A stretch of DNA of 63,402 nt from Coriobacteriia bacterium (GCA_025361505.1 JANYKZ010000052.1:1-63402); one strand, 5' to 3'; positions 38,557 through 47,363 are shown, counted from the first letter of the stretch. Numbers and translations: made by a program. The notes: generated by a model from the sequence alone, not told the origin.

Positions 38557-38831
38557 GCCAGACTCCCCCTTGCGAAAGAACAACTTCCGGCCGGACCCCC
38601 CGAGCGGCATGTTGTCGACCGCGTTTGCAGCGGCGCCTCAGACTAGCACCCAGGGGCCGGGCGAGGGCGCCGACGTGCGTCGAGGCGTGTCAACGCGGTG
38701 TCAACGGAATCAGCCGCAGTGGGGTGTACTCAGCCGGGCGGGCAAGGTCATGTCCCCGGCCCGACCGCAGCTCAGAGGGCATGGCACGTAGTCAGAAGGA
38801 GCCGCGTGGAAGTCGCCGACGCTCCAATATG

Positions 38832-38852
38832 ACCCGAAGTTCGTCGGTTCGA
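38832..38852 (+). repeat. Right copy of the 21-nt direct repeat
   Basis: ACCCGAAGTTCGTCGGTTCGA, one mismatch to 37103-37123. Confidence 0.5.
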
Positions 38853-38949
38853 AGAAGTCTCGCCTCCATGAGCTGAGATCCGGGTCGAGGCGACGGACCG
38901 GTGCCCGACTCTGCTACACTCCCAACCGTTCACAACCGCACAACGCACC

Positions 38950-39110
38950 CCCGACGGGTGCCCGCCCGGTCCAGCGCCACGTAGCGCTGAACCGGCGGGA
39001 GAATAGGGAAGTCGGTGAGAATCCGGCGCTGTCCCGCAACTGTGATGGACCGCACGTTGGTCATAAGCCAGGAGACCTGCCCGATCGGGAGCGACCGCAC
39101 GATGAGGCCT
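38950..39110 (+). promoter_or_regulatory. Cobalamin (AdoCbl) riboswitch
   Basis: Conserved core GAATAGGGAAGTCGGTGAGAATCCGGCGCTGTCCCGCAACTGTGA and B12 box AAGCCAGGAGACCTGCC (39065-39081), upstream of btuF-like genes. Boundaries are approximate. Confidence 0.85.
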
Positions 39111-39200
39111 TCGAGGAAACGAGGCCCGCGTCGCCCGGCGGGCTCCTCTCGATCTTCGCGAGGCGTCCACGCCACCCGGACAACACGGAACCCTTCCGAG

Positions 39201-39240
39201 ACGGCCCCCGCACACCGCGGGGGCCGTTCGCGTTCCCTTC
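39201..39240 (+). terminator. Candidate riboswitch expression-platform terminator
   Basis: ACGGCCCCCG-CACACCG-CGGGGGCCGT (10-bp stem) followed by TCGCGTTCCCTTCG, lying between the aptamer and the btuF start. Confidence 0.45.
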
Positions 39241-39316
39241 GACGTCTTCGCTCTTCGTGCGGGGCGGCTTACGTGGGCCGAGGACAGCCCGGACGACGAC
39301 AGGGACGGAACCAAAG

Positions 39317-40270
39317 ATGAACGGCACAACGAGCACGGCACGGAGGGTCACCTGCGCGATCGCCGCGGTGACCATCGCAGCGGCCATGGCGTTCGCGCTC
39401 ACGGGATGCGGCGCGAAGACCCCCGGCAGGCCTCTCAGCACGACCAAGCCGGTGGCCGGCTTCCCGGTCACTATCACCGACGACGCCTCGCGCACCGTCA
39501 CGATCGACTCCGAGCCGATGCGCATCGTCTCGCTCGCCCCGGCGAACACCGAGATCGTCTACGCGCTGGGCATCTTCGACCGCATGGTGGGAGTCACCAC
39601 CTGGGACGACTACCCGCCTCAGGTCAAGGGCGTCGCCAAGATCGGCGACTTCACCACCCCGAACCTCGAGGCGATCGCGGCCGCGAAGCCCGACGTCATC
39701 CTGCTGACCGGCGGCGTGCAGGCCGACGTTCTCTCGAAGCTCGAGGGTCTCGGCGCCAAGGTCGTCGTCGTCGATCCGCAGGACCTCGAGGGCGTGTACT
39801 CCGCCATCGGCACGGTCGCGAAGATCACCGGCACCGCCGCCAAGGGCGACGAGGTCGTCGCCGGCATGAAGAGCAAGGTCGCCGACGTCACGGCCAAGCT
39901 CGCCGGCGCCGCTCCGACCCGCGCCTTCATCGAGATCGGCTGGAACCCGCTGTTCACCGCGGGCCCCGGCACGCTGCTCGACGACCTGCTCGTCAGGGCC
40001 GGCGGCCAGAACGTGGTCACCGAGAAGGGCTACGTCGGCTACTCCGTCGAGCAGCTCGTGAAAGACCAGCCCGACGTCTACCTGGGGACGCTGAGTTCGA
40101 TCGGGACCACGGCGACGCTTGCCAAGCGTCCCGGCTACAGCGCGATCTCCGCGATCAAGACGGGGCGCGTGTTCTCGCTGACCGACGACCTCGTGTCGCG
40201 TCCCGGCCCGCGTGTGGTCGACGGCGTGTTCGAGATCGCGAAGGCCCTGCATCCCGACCTCTTCAAGTAG
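39317..40270 (+). CDS. btuF: ABC transporter periplasmic-type substrate-binding lipoprotein (cobalamin/siderophore family, BtuF-like)
   Basis: Within ORF 39257..40270. Lipobox AFALTGCG. IVSLAPANTEIVYALG...DVILL is the typical cluster A/class III SBP pattern. B12 riboswitch upstream. Confidence 0.75.
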   Translation: MNGTTSTARRVTCAIAAVTIAAAMAFALTGCGAKTPGRPLSTTKPVAGFPVTITDDASRTVTIDSEPMRIVSLAPANTEIVYALGIFDRMVGVTTWDDYPPQVKGVAKIGDFTTPNLEAIAAAKPDVILLTGGVQADVLSKLEGLGAKVVVVDPQDLEGVYSAIGTVAKITGTAAKGDEVVAGMKSKVADVTAKLAGAAPTRAFIEIGWNPLFTAGPGTLLDDLLVRAGGQNVVTEKGYVGYSVEQLVKDQPDVYLGTLSSIGTTATLAKRPGYSAISAIKTGRVFSLTDDLVSRPGPRVVDGVFEIAKALHPDLFK

Positions 40271-40283
40271 GGAAGGACCGACC

Positions 40284-41309
40284 GTGGGACGGACCGGGAC
40301 AAGGCGCGCGGCGTTCGTGCTGCTCCTGCTGGGGGGTGTGCTGGTCGCGGCCTGCGTGGCGGGCGCGTCGTTCGGCGCCGTCCCAGTGTCGGCGGCCGAC
40401 GTGTTCGGCGCGCTGAAGGGCGCGCTTACGGGCGCGTCGCTCACGCCTTCGCAGGCGCTGGTGATGGACCTCCGGCTGCCGCGCGTGGTGCTCGCCGCCC
40501 TCGTCGGCGCGTGCCTCGCCGCGGCCGGCGTCCTCTACCAGGCCCTCTTCCGCAACGCGCTGGCCGATCCCTACATCCTCGGCGTCTCGTCGGGCGCGGG
40601 GCTCGGGGCCGCGCTGGCATTCGCCGCAGGCGGCACCGGCGCGGCCGCGCTGTGGGCGCCTCCGCTGGCGGCGTTCGCGGGCGCGCTGGCGACGATCCTG
40701 CTCGTGGCGGCCCTGGCCACACGGCGCGGAGTCATGGAGACGCTGTCGCTGCTGCTTGCCGGCGTCGCCGTGTCCTACACGCTGGCGGCGATGACCTCGT
40801 TCGTGCTCGTGCTGCGCCGCGAGCAGATGTCGCGGATCGTCTTCTGGATGATGGGTGGTTTGCAGGGCGCGACGTGGCAGCAGGTCTGGATCGTGGCCGG
40901 GATGCTCGTCGTCGGGCTGGCCGTGCCGCTCGTGTACGCGCGGGAGCTCAACATCATGCTGCTGGGCGACGAGCGCGCCGGCGAGCTGGGCGTCAACGTC
41001 GAGCGCGTGAAGCGCATCATCCTCGCGGCCGCTTCGCTGGTCGTCAGCGCAGCCGTCTCCGTGAGTGGCCTGATCGGGTTCGTGGGGCTGATGACACCGC
41101 ACGCCGCGCGCATCGTGCTCGGGCCCGACCACCGGCTGCTGCTGCCCGCCTCGGTCATCTGCGGGGCGATCGTGATGGTGCTCGCCGACCTCGTGGCGCG
41201 CGTCGTCCTCGCCCCCGTGGAACTTCCCGTCGGGATCATCACCGCGCTCGCCGGCGGTCCGGTCTTCGTGTGGCTGCTCATCCGCTCCAACCGGGGGGCA
41301 GCCCTGTGA
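40284..41309 (+). CDS. btuC: FecCD-family ABC permease (BtuC-like)
   Basis: GTG 40284 follows GGAAGGA. Polytopic protein with LRLPRVVLAALVGA, NALADPYILGVSSGA and GLIGFVGLMTPHAAR motifs. Confidence 0.8.
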   Translation: MGRTGTRRAAFVLLLLGGVLVAACVAGASFGAVPVSAADVFGALKGALTGASLTPSQALVMDLRLPRVVLAALVGACLAAAGVLYQALFRNALADPYILGVSSGAGLGAALAFAAGGTGAAALWAPPLAAFAGALATILLVAALATRRGVMETLSLLLAGVAVSYTLAAMTSFVLVLRREQMSRIVFWMMGGLQGATWQQVWIVAGMLVVGLAVPLVYARELNIMLLGDERAGELGVNVERVKRIILAAASLVVSAAVSVSGLIGFVGLMTPHAARIVLGPDHRLLLPASVICGAIVMVLADLVARVVLAPVELPVGIITALAGGPVFVWLLIRSNRGAAL

Positions 41310-42556
41310 GCGCCGGGCTCCGCTACGACGCCGTCTCCGTCGGCTACGACTCGGCCGTCGTGACGGACGCGACCTTCGAGGTCCGTCCCGGCGAGATCGT
41401 CGGCTTGATCGGTCCCAACGGCGCCGGCAAGACGACGCTCGTGCGCGCGGTCACCGGCGGCGCGCGCGTCTTCGGCGGGTCGGTCACGGTCGGCGACCGC
41501 GCCGTCCACGCCTACTCGCGTCTGGAGCTGGCCCGGCTGGTCGGCGTGCTCCCGCAGACCTCACCGACGTCGTTCGCCTTCACCGCCAAGCAGTTCGTCG
41601 AGATGGGGCGGCACGCGCACGTCTCGCGCTTCGGCGACCTCGGCCCGCTCGACCACGCGGCGGTCGACCGCGCGCTGGCGCTGACCGACACCGCATCGCT
41701 CGCGCACCGGCGCGTCGACGAACTCTCCGGCGGCGACCTGCAGCGGCTCACACTGGCGCAGGCGCTCGCGCAGGAGCCCTCGGTGCTGCTGCTCGACGAG
41801 CCGACCAGCCACCTCGACCTCAACCACCGGCTGCAGGTCCTCGACGTCGTGCGCTCGCTGGCCGACGGAGGACTGGCCGTGCTCGCCGTCTTCCACGACC
41901 TCGACATGGCCGCGCGCTACTCCGACCGGCTCGTGGTCGTCAGCGGCGGGGGAGTACGCGCTCAGGGGACACCCGAGCAGGTGCTCACGCGCGAGACGCT
42001 GGCGGGGGTGTTCGGCGTGGCCGCCGTGATCGGCACCGACCCCGTCACGGGCTCAGTCCAGGTGCTGCCGGTCGTCCGCTCGCAAGGGACCGGCGTGGCC
42101 TCGCGTGGCGTCCGGGTGCACGTGGTCTCAGGCTCCGGGACCGGAGCCGCGATCATGCGCCGGCTGGTGCTCGACGGCTTCGAGGTCTCCGTCGGCGCGC
42201 TGTCGTCGGTCGACACCGACGGCGCCGTTGCGGGCGCGCTCGGACTGCCCATGCGCGAGATCGCGCCGTACGCGGCGATGAGCGTCGAGGACGAGTCCTC
42301 GACCCGTGCGCTGGCTGCGGTCGCCGACGTCGTCGTGGCCGTCGCCACCCCCTACGGGCCCGAGAACCTCGGCAACCTGCGCGCGATCACCGGCCGCGCC
42401 GCCTCGACCGTCCTGGTCGGCACGATGACGCCCGACATGGACTTCTCCCGCGGTGAGGCCACCGCGCTGTGGAACGCCCTCTCCGACGCGGGGGCGCGCA
42501 CGTGCGCCGACCCGCGCGACCTTGTCCGCACTATCGAGGAGGTGCACGCCTCATGA
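41306..42556 (+). CDS. btuD: ABC transporter ATPase (BtuD/FepC-like) with ~160-aa uncharacterised C-terminal domain
   Basis: GTGA overlap with btuC. Walker [10 protein letters not shown], signature LSGGDLQR, Walker B LLLLDEPTSHLD. The ABC domain ends near aa 255. aa ~260-416 (VRVHVVSGSGTGAAIMRRLVLDGFEVSVGAL...) form an extra alpha/beta-like domain. Confidence 0.8.
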   Translation: MSAGLRYDAVSVGYDSAVVTDATFEVRPGEIVGLIGPNGAGKTTLVRAVTGGARVFGGSVTVGDRAVHAYSRLELARLVGVLPQTSPTSFAFTAKQFVEMGRHAHVSRFGDLGPLDHAAVDRALALTDTASLAHRRVDELSGGDLQRLTLAQALAQEPSVLLLDEPTSHLDLNHRLQVLDVVRSLADGGLAVLAVFHDLDMAARYSDRLVVVSGGGVRAQGTPEQVLTRETLAGVFGVAAVIGTDPVTGSVQVLPVVRSQGTGVASRGVRVHVVSGSGTGAAIMRRLVLDGFEVSVGALSSVDTDGAVAGALGLPMREIAPYAAMSVEDESSTRALAAVADVVVAVATPYGPENLGNLRAITGRAASTVLVGTMTPDMDFSRGEATALWNALSDAGARTCADPRDLVRTIEEVHAS

Positions 42557-43140
42557 GTCTGGTGGTGCTGACCGGAGCCGTCCGCAGCGGCAAGTCCGCC
42601 ATGGCGGAGGAGCTCGCCGCCTCGCGCGGCGTCGACGTCGTCGCGGCCGTGGCCGGCTGGGACGGCGACGACGAGATGGTCCGCCGCATCGACGCCCACC
42701 GGACCTCGCGTCCGGGCGAGTGGACCACGCTGCATGTCGACGCCGACCCGAGTTGGATCGCCGCCGTCGCCTGCGACGCCGTGCTGCTGCTCGACTGCCT
42801 CGGCACCCTCGTCTCGCACCTGTGCTACGACGCCGTGGGTGACTCAGACATCGCGCCCGGCGGGGCCGAGGAGGCCGTCGCCGCGCGCGTCGACGCGCTG
42901 CTGACCGCGCTGCTCGCCCGTGCCGGCGACACGATCGTCGTCACCAACGAGACCGGCTGGGGCGTCGTGCCCGCATGGCCGAGCGCCCGGATCTTCCGCG
43001 ACGAGCTCGGTCGCGCCAACCGTCGCCTTATCGCCGCCGCCGACGCCGCCTATCTGGTGGTCGACGGCCGCTGTCTGGACCTGAAGAGCCTGCCCGAACG
43101 GCCAGCGTGGCCGTCCACTCACGAAGAAGGAGACCGATGA
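42553..43140 (+). CDS. cobU: Adenosylcobinamide kinase / adenosylcobinamide-phosphate guanylyltransferase
   Basis: ATGA overlap. P-loop LTGAVRSGKS, VVTNETGWGVVP and FRDELGRANRRL are typical of CobU/CobP. Confidence 0.85.
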   Translation: MSLVVLTGAVRSGKSAMAEELAASRGVDVVAAVAGWDGDDEMVRRIDAHRTSRPGEWTTLHVDADPSWIAAVACDAVLLLDCLGTLVSHLCYDAVGDSDIAPGGAEEAVAARVDALLTALLARAGDTIVVTNETGWGVVPAWPSARIFRDELGRANRRLIAAADAAYLVVDGRCLDLKSLPERPAWPSTHEEGDR

Positions 43141-44204
43141 CCGACCAGCAGTTCCTCTACGAGGCCGTTGCCGCCATCCCCGTACCCGACGAGGAGTGGG
43201 GCCCCCGCGCGTGGGCGCGCCTCGACTCGCTGACAAAGCCGGCGCGCTCGCTGGGCCTGCTCGAGGAGCTCGCGCAGCGCGTCGCCGTGCTGCAGAAGAC
43301 CGAGCGCCCCGCCGTACCGCGGAAGGCCATCGTTCTGATGGCCGGTGACCACGGCGTCACCGCCCAGGGGATCTCGTCGTACCCGAGCGAGGTCACCGTC
43401 CAGATGATGGCGAACTTCTCGGTGGGCGGAGCGGCGATCAACCAGCTCGCCAAGCATGCGGGCGCATCCGTGCGCATCGTCGACGTCGGCGTCGCGAGCG
43501 ACCTCCTGCTGACCGACGGTATCGTGCAGGCGCGGGTCGCGAACGGGACCGCCGACATGAGCGAGGGCCCCGCGATGACGCGCGACCAGGCGCTCGCCGC
43601 CATCCGCGTCGGCATCGAGCAGGTCCGCGAGCTCGCCGCGGAGGGCCTCGACCTGGTCGGCACGGGTGACATGGGCATCGGCAACACGACGGCGTCCTCG
43701 GCCATCACGAGCGTTCTGACGGGCGCGGACGCCGCGGACGTAGTCGGACCGGGTACCGGCCTGGACGAGGCCGGCGTGGCCCACAAGGTCGACGTGATCC
43801 GGCGCGCCATCGCCGTCAACGCCCCCGACGCGACCGACGCGCTCGACGTCCTCACCAAGGTCGGCGGCCTGGAGATCGCGGGCCTCGCGGGCGTGGTCAT
43901 CGGCGCGGCCTCGCTCGGCATCCCGGTCGTCAGCGACGGCTTCATCTCGGGAGCGGCCACGCTGATCGCGCTGGGGATCGCTCCCGCCGCCCGCCCGTGG
44001 GTGTTCGCGTCGCACCGCAGCGCCGAGCCCGGACACCGGATCGTCCTGCGGGCCCTGAGCCTGAGGCCCGTGCTCGAGCTCGACATGCGCCTCGGCGAGG
44101 GTACGGGCGGTGCGCTGGCCATGGAGATCATCGACGCCGCATGTGCGGTAATGTCAGGCATGGCGACCTTCGCCGAAGCCGGCGTTTCCGAGAAAGAGGC
44201 CTGA
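43137..44204 (+). CDS. cobT: Nicotinate-nucleotide--dimethylbenzimidazole phosphoribosyltransferase
   Basis: ATGA overlap. LDSLTKPARSLGLLEEL, MAGDHGV, GDMGIGNTT and MRLGEGTGGALA are CobT hallmarks. Confidence 0.9.
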   Translation: MTDQQFLYEAVAAIPVPDEEWGPRAWARLDSLTKPARSLGLLEELAQRVAVLQKTERPAVPRKAIVLMAGDHGVTAQGISSYPSEVTVQMMANFSVGGAAINQLAKHAGASVRIVDVGVASDLLLTDGIVQARVANGTADMSEGPAMTRDQALAAIRVGIEQVRELAAEGLDLVGTGDMGIGNTTASSAITSVLTGADAADVVGPGTGLDEAGVAHKVDVIRRAIAVNAPDATDALDVLTKVGGLEIAGLAGVVIGAASLGIPVVSDGFISGAATLIALGIAPAARPWVFASHRSAEPGHRIVLRALSLRPVLELDMRLGEGTGGALAMEIIDAACAVMSGMATFAEAGVSEKEA

Positions 44205-44998
44205 TGTCCGAGCCCGTCACCGAAAAGGTCCCGCCGCGCCCCCTGTCCGACTTCGCGTCGGCGGTCGGCTTCCTGACGCTGCTGCCGATCGGCCGCACCT
44301 GGCCGGACGGCCGCCCGCCGCGTTCGGTCGGCTGGTACCCGTGGGTCGGCTGGGTCCTGGGCGGTGGCGTGGGTCTGGCGCTGTGGTCGCACGAGCGCTT
44401 CTGGGGACCGCTCCATGGGTCGCTGGCGCTGCTGGCCGGCGTCGGCATCGTGGTGGTCTGGGGCGTTCTCACGCGCTTCCTGCACTGGGACGGGCTGGCC
44501 GACTCCTTCGACGGGCTGTGGGGCGGACAGACGCCCGAGCGGCGCCTCGAGATCATGCGCGACAGCCGCATCGGCTCCTTCGGGGCGGCCGCGATGCTCA
44601 TGGTCGCGCTGCTGCAGGTGGCCGCCGTCACGGCGCTCATCGAGAAGGGCGCGCTGTGGGTGATCGTCGCCGCGCCCGTCATCGCGCGCTTCTCTGCGGC
44701 GCTGGCGGCCTGGGAGCTGCCGAACGCCCGCAAGGACGGTCTCGGGCTCACCGCGATGGGGGCCCCGGGGATCTACGATCGAGCCGTGGCCGGTGTTGCC
44801 GCGTTGGCTCTTCTCGGGTTCGTGTTCGCGGGGCTGCCCACACACACCTTCATCTGGGTGGTGGGGATCGGGTTCGTCTCCGGGCTGATCGTGCCTCGCC
44901 TACTCTCGAAGCCGGTCGGGGGGATGACGGGCGACCTGTTCGGGGCTACGGTACTGCTCGTTGAAGTCTGCGTCCTCGTCACGGGAGTGATCGTCTAG
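44204..44998 (+). CDS. cobS: Adenosylcobinamide-GDP ribazoletransferase (cobalamin synthase)
   Basis: The start overlaps the cobT stop. Polytopic protein with FLTLLPIG, HWDGLADSFDGL and GGMTGDLFGA motifs. Confidence 0.85.
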   Translation: MSEPVTEKVPPRPLSDFASAVGFLTLLPIGRTWPDGRPPRSVGWYPWVGWVLGGGVGLALWSHERFWGPLHGSLALLAGVGIVVVWGVLTRFLHWDGLADSFDGLWGGQTPERRLEIMRDSRIGSFGAAAMLMVALLQVAAVTALIEKGALWVIVAAPVIARFSAALAAWELPNARKDGLGLTAMGAPGIYDRAVAGVAALALLGFVFAGLPTHTFIWVVGIGFVSGLIVPRLLSKPVGGMTGDLFGATVLLVEVCVLVTGVIV

Positions 44999-45661
44999 AT
45001 GACCGACACCATCGCCATCGGCGCACACGCCGAACCCGCCCGCGGCATGCCCGTCGAGGTGCTGCTGGCGCGCCACCCGCAGGTCCAGGCCAACGTCGAC
45101 GGGCGCTTCGTCGGCACGGGGGAGTCGCCCTTCACGGAGCTCGGGGAGCGGCAGTGCGCCGCGCTGGCGGCCCACATCGCCGCCTGGAAGCCGTCCTCGG
45201 TCCACAGCAGTCCCCGGACCCGCGCACGCGCCGTCGCCGACCTCGCGGCGTCACAGGCGAGGGTGCCGGTGCACGTCGACGACGACCTCGCCGAGATCGA
45301 CTTCGGCGCGGCCGAGGGACTCACCTACGATGAGGCGCTCGCCGCGGGAGTGACGATCGACCTGCTGCAGGGCCCGCCGGAGTCCCGGCCTTTCCACGAC
45401 GGCGAGACCTGGCGAGCCTTCACCGACCGCATCGCGCTCGCGGCTGAGCGCATCGAGACGTGCGGACCCCGGATCGCCGTGGTCGCCCACGGCGGCGTCG
45501 TGCGCGCGTTGATGGCGTACTGGCTCGGGATGCCGCAGTCGGCCGCGTGGAGGTTCGCCGTTCCCAACGCCTCGGTCGCGACCATCACGCTCTGGGACGG
45601 CACCGGCACCCTGCGCACCTTCGGGTTCGAGCCCTGCGGGGAGTGCGAGGACGGCTCGTGA
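44999..45661 (+). CDS. cobC: Histidine-phosphatase family protein (alpha-ribazole phosphatase, CobC-like)
   Basis: LARHPQV (RHG-like), ESPFTELGERQ and VVAHGGVVRAL motifs, positioned after cobS. Confidence 0.7.
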   Translation: MTDTIAIGAHAEPARGMPVEVLLARHPQVQANVDGRFVGTGESPFTELGERQCAALAAHIAAWKPSSVHSSPRTRARAVADLAASQARVPVHVDDDLAEIDFGAAEGLTYDEALAAGVTIDLLQGPPESRPFHDGETWRAFTDRIALAAERIETCGPRIAVVAHGGVVRALMAYWLGMPQSAAWRFAVPNASVATITLWDGTGTLRTFGFEPCGECEDGS

Positions 45662-46212
45662 GGTCGCTCCACTTCGACACCGACGCCGCGCTGTGGTTCG
45701 CCGTCGCGTACATGGGCGCCGCGTTCGGCATCCTTCCCGTGATGCTGGCGGGGCTCGCCGCCACCGGCGCGCCGCTCGGCCCGCTGGGCTACATCGCCGC
45801 GAACGCGCTTGTGCAGATCGCGGCGTTCGGGACGGCCTCAGCCCTGCTCGTGCGCGCCCAGCCCGTCCGTCGCCTGCGGGACCTGCTCTTCACGTTCTGG
45901 CTCCTCTACGTCGCAGCCGCGTCCGCGATGGCGGTGCTCAACTTCGTCCGAGCGCCACTGGCCACGCCGATGATCCTCGCGGCGCTTCTGGCGCCGCTGA
46001 CGCTCGGCGCCGTGCAGGTCGTCAGCCTGTCGCCGCTGCGCTTCGCGGACCCCGACATGTGGGCGGCGGCCGGCGTGTGCGTCGGGTTCCTCGTCGGGCG
46101 GGGCTACCTTCGCCTCCGCGGTCGCGCCAGCGGCTCCGCCGCCGCGCACGGCGTGACGCCGATGCGCTTGCCTTCGGCCGAGCCACGCGACACAATCAAC
46201 ACCCACACCTGA
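45658..46212 (+). CDS. Hypothetical polytopic membrane protein embedded in the cob operon
   Basis: GTGA overlap with the cobC stop. 184 aa and ~5 hydrophobic segments. No recognised family. Confidence 0.55.
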   Translation: MRSLHFDTDAALWFAVAYMGAAFGILPVMLAGLAATGAPLGPLGYIAANALVQIAAFGTASALLVRAQPVRRLRDLLFTFWLLYVAAASAMAVLNFVRAPLATPMILAALLAPLTLGAVQVVSLSPLRFADPDMWAAAGVCVGFLVGRGYLRLRGRASGSAAAHGVTPMRLPSAEPRDTINTHT

Positions 46213-46262
46213 CGCACCGCTCCCCATCCCTCCGGAGCACAGACGCAGGCGGGAGGGGACAG

Positions 46263-47363
46263 ATGGACTGGGACGCGTTCATACGGCCTGAGCTGCAGGG
46301 CATGACCGCGTACGCGCCCGGCCTGCGCGCGGAGCAGGTGCGCGAGCGCAGCGGCCATGACGAGATCCTCAAGCTCTCCAGCAACGAGTACCCCCTCGGG
46401 CCGACACCGCGCGCGATCCAGGCAATGGCCGCGGTCCTCCCCGAGCTCAACCGCTACCCCGAGGGCTCCTGCGAGGCGCTGCGGAAGGGCCTGTCGAAGC
46501 ACTGGCACGTCGGTGCCGAGTTCATCGCCGTCTCCAACGGCAGCAACGAACTGCTGCGCCTTCTGGGCCAGGCGCTCCTTCGCCCCGGCGACGAGGTGGT
46601 GTTCGCATGGCCGAGCTTCGTCGTCTACCCGTCGGTGGCCCGGATGTACGGCGCCACGCCCGTCTCGGTGCCGCTGACGGCGGACCTTCGCCACGACCTT
46701 CCCGCGATGCTCGCCGCGATCACGCCGGCGACGCGCATGGTCACGCTCTGCAACCCGAACAACCCGACCGGGACCTTCTACACGCGCGCCGAGTTCCAGG
46801 GCTTCATGGCCGAGGTGCCGGCACACGTGCTCGTGGTGGTCGACGAGGCGTACTTCGAGTTCGCCGACGACGCGAACTACCCTGACGCGCTTGCCTACTT
46901 CGACGGCGAGCGCCCGCTGGTCGTACTGCGTACCTTCTCCAAGATCTACTCGCTCGCGGGGCAGAGAGTCGGCTACGGCTTCATGCCCGAGCCGCTGCGC
47001 GCCGCGGTCGACAAGGTCCGCGAGCCCTTCAACGTGAACTCCGTCGGACAGGCCGGCGCGCTCGCCTCGCTCGACGATCAGGTCGAGATCGTCCGCCGCA
47101 AGCACGAGAACCGAGAGCAGAAGACCTACCTCTATGCGTGCTTCGACCGGCTGGGTATCGGCTACGCGCCGTCCCAGGCCAACTTCGTCTGGATAAAGAC
47201 GGAGCGACCGGTCGAAGTGTTCGAGGCGCTGCTCGGCGAGGGCATCATCGCACGGGACTTCGGGAACGCGCCTGCCCTGCGGCTGAGCATGGGAACGCCT
47301 CACGACACGCGCGTGATCGAGTCCGCGCTGGAACGGATCGTGGATCGGCTGGGCAGCATCTGA
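46263..47363 (+). CDS. hisC: Class II aminotransferase, HisC family (histidinol-phosphate/aromatic aminotransferase; CobD-type decarboxylase not excluded)
   Basis: Within ORF 45693..47363, ATG 46263 follows GGGAGGGGA. LSSNEYPLGP, NPNNPTG and TFSKIYSLAGQRVGY (PLP lysine context). Confidence 0.75.
   Translation: MDWDAFIRPELQGMTAYAPGLRAEQVRERSGHDEILKLSSNEYPLGPTPRAIQAMAAVLPELNRYPEGSCEALRKGLSKHWHVGAEFIAVSNGSNELLRLLGQALLRPGDEVVFAWPSFVVYPSVARMYGATPVSVPLTADLRHDLPAMLAAITPATRMVTLCNPNNPTGTFYTRAEFQGFMAEVPAHVLVVVDEAYFEFADDANYPDALAYFDGERPLVVLRTFSKIYSLAGQRVGYGFMPEPLRAAVDKVREPFNVNSVGQAGALASLDDQVEIVRRKHENREQKTYLYACFDRLGIGYAPSQANFVWIKTERPVEVFEALLGEGIIARDFGNAPALRLSMGTPHDTRVIESALERIVDRLGSI

Noticed and set aside
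45693-46262. 190-codon N-terminal extension of the HisC-family ORF.
   Set aside because: It overlaps the 45658-46212 membrane-protein gene out of frame and is Arg-rich. ATG 46263 has a strong GGGAGGGGA RBS and gives a standard 366-aa aminotransferase.
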